Below are positions 59,163-64,000 of a stretch of DNA of 64,000 nt, one piece after another. Source of the stretch: Acidimicrobiia bacterium (GTDB lineage Bacteria > Actinomycetota > Acidimicrobiia > Spongiisociales > UBA5794). Position numbers and translations under genes: made by a program. Under the pieces are notes generated by a model. It was given only the letters and a program-made list of their open reading frames with translations, was not told where the DNA came from and ran no database searches. The DNA lies in contig BTQG01000002.1 in the NCBI GenBank assembly GCA_036985755.1, positions 2,277-66,276 of the forward strand, given 5' to 3'. Position 1 is the first letter of the stretch, and the number at the start of each line of letters is the position of its first letter.

Positions 59163-60882
59163 TACCGGACGCGGACCCATCGCAGACCGGTATCGTCTGG
59201 AAACGAATGGCGGGAGGAATAGCCTGAGCACACCAATCATCTTTGCGGTCGACGACGATCCCCAGGTTCTCAACGCGGTGAGGCGTGACTTGCGGTCCCA
59301 CTTTGCGCCCGATTATCGGGTGCTCGATGCCGGTTCGGGGGCAGAGGCACTCGAAGCCCTTGAAGCACTCAAAGCCCGTGGGGACACGGTCGCGCTCTTT
59401 CTCGTCGACCAGCGTATGCCGTCGATGACCGGCACCGAGTTCCTCGTCGAAGCCCGCCACACCTACCCCGACGCCAAAAGGGCTCTGCTCACCGCGTATG
59501 CCGACACCGACGCCGCCATTTCTGCGATCAACGAGGTGGATCTCGACCACTATCTGATGAAGCCGTGGGATCCGCCGGAGGACAACCTGTACCCGATCCT
59601 CGATGACCTGCTCGACGACTGGACGGCCAATACACCGGCGCCGTTTGACGGAATCAGAGTCGTAGGCACCACCTGGTCACCCGCTACCCACGAGGTAAAG
59701 GACTTTCTGGCGAGGAACCAGATCCCGTACCGGTTCCTCGACATCGAACGGGACGAGGAGGCCGAGGCCATCGTCGCCGCCCAGTCCGGGGACGGCGGAT
59801 CCCTCCCGGTCGTGCTCTTTCCCGACGGCACCACCCTGGTCGATCCGGAGCGGCGCGCCCTCGCCGCACAGCTGGGTATGCAGACCGAGGCCGACAGCCC
59901 GTTCTACGACCTCATCATCATCGGGGGCGGACCGGCAGGACTTGCCGGTGCGGTGTACGGGGCATCGGAGGGGCTGCGCACGGTGATGGTCGAGGCCGAC
60001 GCGCCGGGCGGCCAAGCAGGCACGAGCAGCCGGATCGAAAACTACCTCGGCTTTCCTGCCGGCGTCAGCGGTGCCGACCTGACGCGGCGAGCCGTCACCC
60101 AGGCCACCAGGCTCGGCGCGGAGCTGCTCAGCGCCACCACGGTGACCGACGTCAAGACCGAGGACCAGATCAAAGTCGTCACTCTCGATACCGGCGAACA
60201 GCTCCGATCCCACGCTTTGATCATCGCCAGCGGCATGTCGCTGCGGAAGCTCAGCGTTCCCGGCTACGAACGTTACGAAGGCGCCGGGGTCTACTACGGT
60301 GCCGCCCTCTCCGAGGCCGCCACCTACCAGGATCGTCACGTGTTCGTGATCGGCGGAGCGAACTCAGCGGGGCAGGCAGCAATGCTGTTTGCCCGCTACG
60401 CCTCGACGGTGTCGATGGTGGTAAGGGGCGAGTCACTCGTCGCCAAGATGTCGGCCTACCTGATCGACCAGATCGGGACCCAGCCAAACATCGAAGTGAT
60501 CACCGACACCCAGGTCGTCGCCGTCGAGGGTGAGGAGCGCGTCGAGCGCATCCGGCTCAAGAACACCGCAACGGACCAGGAAGACGTTCACGAGGCTGCC
60601 GCCATCTTCATCTTCGTTGGTGCCGTTCCACACTCCGATTTTGTCGAGCACCTCGTCGCCCGCAACGAGCGTGGTTTCATCTACACCGGCCCCGACCTGG
60701 TGCTGGCAGGCGAGGACTTCCGCTGGCCTGAAGATCGTGACCCTCTGGCGCTGGAAACGAGCGTCCCTGGTATATTCGCCGCCGGCGATATCCGCCACGA
60801 TGCCATCCGCAGAGTGGCCTCCGCAGTAGGTTCCGGGTCGGTTGCGGTGAGCCTGGTCCATCAGTACCTCGACACGGTGTGA
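59086..60882 (+). CDS. Response-regulator receiver domain fused to thioredoxin-reductase-like FAD/NAD(P) disulfide oxidoreductase
   Basis: The receiver has IIFAVDDD...D...K. The TrxR-like part has GGGPAGLAGA, a second Rossmann motif GGANSAGQAAM and a C-terminal GDIR. The start is uncertain: no ATG or GTG sits close to the receiver N-terminus, and the first in-frame GTG, at 59086, overlaps the previous gene. Confidence 0.7.
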   Translation: MTIHRVCGSWTSARSGSSTNTYPSADTGRGPIADRYRLETNGGRNSLSTPIIFAVDDDPQVLNAVRRDLRSHFAPDYRVLDAGSGAEALEALEALKARGDTVALFLVDQRMPSMTGTEFLVEARHTYPDAKRALLTAYADTDAAISAINEVDLDHYLMKPWDPPEDNLYPILDDLLDDWTANTPAPFDGIRVVGTTWSPATHEVKDFLARNQIPYRFLDIERDEEAEAIVAAQSGDGGSLPVVLFPDGTTLVDPERRALAAQLGMQTEADSPFYDLIIIGGGPAGLAGAVYGASEGLRTVMVEADAPGGQAGTSSRIENYLGFPAGVSGADLTRRAVTQATRLGAELLSATTVTDVKTEDQIKVVTLDTGEQLRSHALIIASGMSLRKLSVPGYERYEGAGVYYGAALSEAATYQDRHVFVIGGANSAGQAAMLFARYASTVSMVVRGESLVAKMSAYLIDQIGTQPNIEVITDTQVVAVEGEERVERIRLKNTATDQEDVHEAAAIFIFVGAVPHSDFVEHLVARNERGFIYTGPDLVLAGEDFRWPEDRDPLALETSVPGIFAAGDIRHDAIRRVASAVGSGSVAVSLVHQYLDTV

Positions 60883-60886
60883 CCCG

Positions 60887-62296
60887 GTGCGAGAGGAGCT
60901 TCGCACCGTCCCCCTATTTGCCGATCTCGCCGACGACGACCTCGATTGCCTGGCCGAAGGCGCCACCGTGGTGTCCCTCGACCCGGGCGATCTCCTGTTC
61001 AACGAGGGGGACGACGGCGATCAGGCGTACGTGATCACCGACGGTGAGATCGAGATCGTGAAGATCACAGGGGAACGAGAGGTGCTGCTGGCCAGGAGGC
61101 TCCCCGGAGAGGTCATCGGTGAGATGGCGCTGCTCGACTCCGCCCCGCGCATGGCGTCGGGCAGGGCGGTAGAAGAGACCCGCCTCATCGCCATACCGAA
61201 AAGCCAGATGGATCAGCTGCTCGAGTCCAGCGCAACCGCAGCCAAGGCCCTGTTCTCGGTGCTGCTGGCTAGGTGGCGGCAAACCGAAGCCAGCCTTCGC
61301 CAATCCGAGCGCATGGTTCAGCTGGGCACACTCACCGCCGGCCTCGCCCACGAGCTGAACAACCCTGCCGCCGCAATCGCCCGCGCCTCAGGGCTGCTCG
61401 GGCCGGAACTCGAAGCCTACGGACGCGCCGCTGCCGCACTCGGCCACATCACCGTCCCTGCCGACCAGCAGGGCCAGCTCGATGAGTGGCTGGCCGCTGC
61501 GGCACAACCCGGTCCGGTGATGGGCTCACTCGAGCGTTCCGAACGTGAGGCGGAACTCGAACCAGCTCTCGGCGCCATCGGCGTCGCCGAGCCCTGGGCG
61601 GTGGCGACCGAGCTCGCCTTCGCCGGGTGGGACGCCGACACCGTCGCCGCTGTCGGCGAGGCGTTCGCAGCCGACGCTCCCGTGGTGCTCCAGGCCGTCG
61701 CCATGACCCGCAATGTGTCCGAGTTGTTACGCGAGATCAACGAGGGGGCAGGGCGCATGTCCGAGATCGTTGGTGCGTTGAAGTCGTACACACACCTCGA
61801 TCAGGCGCCGATCCAGGAGGTCGACGTGCGCAAGGGCCTCGAGGACACGTTGCTCATCCTCAAACCAAAGCTGAGCGATATCGACGTCGAGATCGAGTTC
61901 GCAGACGTCCCCGAGATCACTGCCTACGCCGGTGAGCTCAACCAGGTTTGGACCAACCTCATCGACAATGCCGCCGACGCCGTTGCCTCCTCGGGCAGGG
62001 AGGACGGGATGGTGACCCTTCGCACCTCTGCCGATGACGGCATCGTCACCGTCGAAATCGAAGACAACGGGACGGGGATCCCAGAGGGAGACGTCGACCG
62101 GATCTTCGACGCCTTCTTCACCACCAAACCACCTGGTTCAGGGACCGGCCTCGGTCTCGACATCAGCTATTCGATCATCGTGCACAAACACCGCGGCGCC
62201 ATCACCGTCGATTCCGAGCCGGGACGCACCGTGTTCTCCGTCAAGCTCCCGGTCGCCGGGCCCGACCAGGGGTCTCGGACCGCGCCCAGGGGGTAG
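60887..62296 (+). CDS. cNMP-binding domain + histidine kinase (HisKA + HATPase_c)
   Basis: The CAP-like PLFADL...GE.IGEMALL...R.A, an H-box LAHELNNP and G-boxes (DNGTGIP, GTGLGL) are present. The start is the GTG 4 nt after the upstream gene. Confidence 0.8.
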   Translation: MREELRTVPLFADLADDDLDCLAEGATVVSLDPGDLLFNEGDDGDQAYVITDGEIEIVKITGEREVLLARRLPGEVIGEMALLDSAPRMASGRAVEETRLIAIPKSQMDQLLESSATAAKALFSVLLARWRQTEASLRQSERMVQLGTLTAGLAHELNNPAAAIARASGLLGPELEAYGRAAAALGHITVPADQQGQLDEWLAAAAQPGPVMGSLERSEREAELEPALGAIGVAEPWAVATELAFAGWDADTVAAVGEAFAADAPVVLQAVAMTRNVSELLREINEGAGRMSEIVGALKSYTHLDQAPIQEVDVRKGLEDTLLILKPKLSDIDVEIEFADVPEITAYAGELNQVWTNLIDNAADAVASSGREDGMVTLRTSADDGIVTVEIEDNGTGIPEGDVDRIFDAFFTTKPPGSGTGLGLDISYSIIVHKHRGAITVDSEPGRTVFSVKLPVAGPDQGSRTAPRG

Positions 62297-62305
62297 GCTC
62301 ACTCC

Positions 62306-62593
62306 ATGGCTACGGCACAACGCGTGTTATGCGACGAACTCCAAAGCGTCCCGCTCGAGGACATGCCTTCGGGCGGCTGCATCGAGTGCCTGGAGACGGG
62401 GGACACCTGGGTGCACCTGCGCTACTGCGTGACCTGCAAGGAAACCAGGTGCTGCGACGATTCCAAGAACAAACACGCCAGGAAACACGGGCTCGCCGAC
62501 GGGCATCCTGTGATCCGCTCCAAGGAGCCCGGCGAGGCCTGGGCGTGGTGTTACGAGCACGGGGCGGGGACTCGACTCACGGTTTCGGCGTAG
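62306..62593 (+). CDS. UBP-type zinc-finger (zf-UBP) small protein
   Basis: CIECLETGDTWVHLRYCVTCKETRCCDDSKNKHARKH...HP, a Cys/His pattern matching zf-UBP. Confidence 0.65.
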   Translation: MATAQRVLCDELQSVPLEDMPSGGCIECLETGDTWVHLRYCVTCKETRCCDDSKNKHARKHGLADGHPVIRSKEPGEAWAWCYEHGAGTRLTVSA

Positions 62594-62663
62594 GAGTCGC
62601 GCGTCGTCGCAGTTTGGCGTCGGCCACCAACTACTCATCGACAACGGCCCGGTGTAACCCGGC

Positions 62664-62756
<93 letters not shown>

Positions 62757-62955
62757 GGGAACGTAGTACGTATCACGTAGTACGCATCACGTAGTCCGAC
62801 GTCCGCAACACGGACCACCGACTACTCATGACAGGGTACCGGCGTAAACGCGCATGCCGTGATCTGTACTCCGTAGCCCAGGGTTCGGCTCGAAATACGT
62901 GATACTTGATACGCAATACGGGCGTACGTAATACGGTCCGGCGCAGCCGGGCCCG

Positions 62956-63045
62956 CGGAGGGAGTGGGATTTGAACCCACGAAGCGGGGATACCGCTTAC
63001 ACGCTTTCCAGGCGTGCGCACTCGGCCAGACTATGCGATCCCTCC
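62956..63045 (-). tRNA. tRNA-Ser(GGA)
   Basis: Reverse complement: GGAGGGATCGCATAGTCTGGCCGAGTGCGCACGCCTGGAAAGCGTGTAAGCGGTATCCCCGCTTCGTGGGTTCAAATCCCACTCCCTCCG. Confidence 0.85.
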
Positions 63046-63081
63046 CTAGGGTGTGAAAGTGTAGAAGGAGGCTTCTGGCAA

Positions 63082-63531
63082 ATGGATGCCGTCGACGCCA
63101 TGGGAATCGCCCTCGAGCAAGCCGGCCTCGCACTCGAGCACGGCGACGTGCCGATTGGTGCCATGCTGCTTGACCGCTCGGGTGAGGTGGTTGCGGCCGA
63201 TCACAACCGGCGCCAGCAGCGAGGCGACGCGACCGCCCATGCCGAACTGCTGGTGCTCTCCGCACGATCACGCGAGATCGGTGACTGGCGACTCACCGGG
63301 CACACCCTTGTCGTCACCGTGGAGCCGTGTGCAATGTGTGCCATGGCCGCGGTATGGGCGCGAGTGGACCGCATCGTCTACGGTGCCGCCGATCCCAAGG
63401 CCGGTGCTGCGTGGAGCCTGTACAACATTCCCCAGGACGAACGGCTCAACCATCGGTGCGATCTGATCGCCGGCGTACGCGAGGACGAGGCCGCCGCGTT
63501 GCTCGAGTCCTTCTTCTCTGATCGAAGGTAG
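63082..63531 (+). CDS. tadA: tRNA-specific adenosine deaminase
   Basis: A GAAGGAGG SD, then MDAVDAMGIALEQAGLALEHGDVPIGAMLL with the HAE...PCAMCAMA zinc motif. Adjacency to tRNA-Ser genes is typical. Confidence 0.85.
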   Translation: MDAVDAMGIALEQAGLALEHGDVPIGAMLLDRSGEVVAADHNRRQQRGDATAHAELLVLSARSREIGDWRLTGHTLVVTVEPCAMCAMAAVWARVDRIVYGAADPKAGAAWSLYNIPQDERLNHRCDLIAGVREDEAAALLESFFSDRR

Positions 63532-63623
63532 CCACCGGTACACTGCTCGCCGGTGCCTGCAGCACCGACCGTATTACGTATCACGTATCCGGGTCGTAAT
63601 ACGTTGTACGTGATACGTACTTT

Positions 63624-63715
63624 GGAGGGGTGACAGAGCGGACGAATGTGACGGTCTCGAAAACCGTTGGGCCGGTTTCTCGGTCCCGTGGGTTCAAATC
63701 CCACCCCCTCCGCCA
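63624..63715 (+). tRNA. tRNA-Ser(CGA)
   Basis: GGAGGGGTGACAGAGCGGACGAATGTGACGGTCTCGAAAACCGTTGGGCCGGTTTCTCGGTCCCGTGGGTTCAAATCCCACCCCCTCCGCCA. Confidence 0.85.
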
Positions 63716-63837
63716 CTTCGCCCGATCTCTCACCGAGATCGGACTCGTTACGCGCAGCCGCAGCCGTCCCTGCCTTCCGGCTCGTGACCACGCGGCCCGT
63801 ATGGCCAGATTCCAGCTCGGCGCGAATCACGCGGAGA

Positions 63838-63862
63838 AGGTCCAATTCCCACCCCCTCCGCG
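63838..63862 (+). other. Partial duplicate of the tRNA-Ser(CGA) 3' end (T-arm + acceptor), 120 nt downstream of the intact gene
   Basis: aggtccaattcccaccccctccgcg compared with ggttcaaatcccaccccctccgcc in the tRNA. It is embedded in a 7-bp stem (CGCGGAG...CTCCGCG). Confidence 0.5.
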
Positions 63863-64000
63863 AGGCCCGCCTGCGGCGGGCCGTATTACTTATCACGAGC
63901 CGGACCTTTGGCGGATTGCTGACATCGGTTGCTCGGGAATAGCTTCGGCCATCGCTCGCTTATGGATTGAGAGATCGCCCGCCAGGGCGGCGGATGTGAA

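Noticed and set aside
63667-63942. 91-aa ORF spanning tRNA-Ser(CGA)
   Set aside because: It is a translation of tRNA and spacer sequence.

Overview
This is a high-GC (about 70%), gene-dense chromosomal segment of actinobacterial type, probably Acidimicrobiia-like. No CRISPR array and no transposase or integrase ORF was found.

Most interesting observation: two neighbouring genes each carry a single in-frame TGA exactly at a redox-active Cys position, each followed 13-14 nt later by a short hairpin with a GGUC apical loop. One is an AhpC/TSA-2 (Prx-like) thioredoxin-fold protein (31378..32061 on the minus strand), the other a small IscA/HesB-like protein (32738..33043). Both fit the pattern of bacterial selenoproteins with SECIS elements, and the six-frame ORF track splits both.

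Gene content, in order along the window:
- 1..3192 (-): a 3'-truncated signalling gene on the minus strand with two class-III nucleotide cyclase domains, a STAND/AAA ATPase and TPR repeats. It sits in an apparent operon with a STAS-like protein and an anSME-like radical-SAM/SPASM maturase.
- 5726..6862 (-): an M24 aminopeptidase.
- 7038..13250 (+): a complete Dpp/Opp-type ABC importer (binding protein, two permeases, two ATPases).
- 13251..13657: an intergenic 'scar' containing a binding-protein gene fragment, a 9-unit AGTCGCA heptamer tandem repeat and a 38-bp tandem repeat. The AGTCGCA heptamer recurs right after two other genes.
- 13658..15988 (+): a flippase-like (LPG-synthase TM) membrane protein.
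- 16014..16367 (-) and 16462..17406 (+): a PLD-N/SHOCT protein divergent from an FGE-sulfatase-family gene.
- 17534..20742: a DUF1269-like protein, an SDR, a DoxX-like protein and a Zn-alcohol dehydrogenase/quinone oxidoreductase.
- 20927..23916 (+): a lipoprotein followed by a divergent FtsH-family AAA metalloprotease with a 4-TM N-domain and an ~95-aa insert in the ATPase core.
- 24080..24861 (+): mtnN with a translationally coupled 29-aa upstream ORF.
- 24904..29795: an MFS transporter, an SRPBCC protein, a secreted MBL hydrolase and a nucleoside-hydrolase-like lipoprotein.
- 33111..40907: a membrane protein, an SDR, a CUT2 sugar ABC transporter, and a Gfo/Idh/MocA oxidoreductase with a TIM-barrel isomerase (inositol-like catabolism).
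- 42385..45464 (-): a rifampin-phosphotransferase-like PEP-utilising enzyme translationally coupled to a TetR regulator.
- 45910..52424: a DUF3754-like membrane protein, a Fic protein behind an AT-rich inverted-repeat promoter, and DUF389 and orphan binding-protein genes. These are bracketed by three copies of an att-like repeat derived from the 3' half and flank of tRNA-Arg(ACG), so this looks like an integrase-less island remnant.
- 53127..62593: two coupled membrane proteins, two coupled DUF885 paralogs, a metallophosphoesterase, and a response-regulator-TrxR fusion next to a cNMP-binding histidine kinase.
- 62665..63715: three tRNA-Ser genes and tadA, with TACGTA-rich spacers.
- 63838..63862: a partial tRNA-Ser 3' duplicate.

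All functional calls are from motif recognition in my own translations. No database searches were run.
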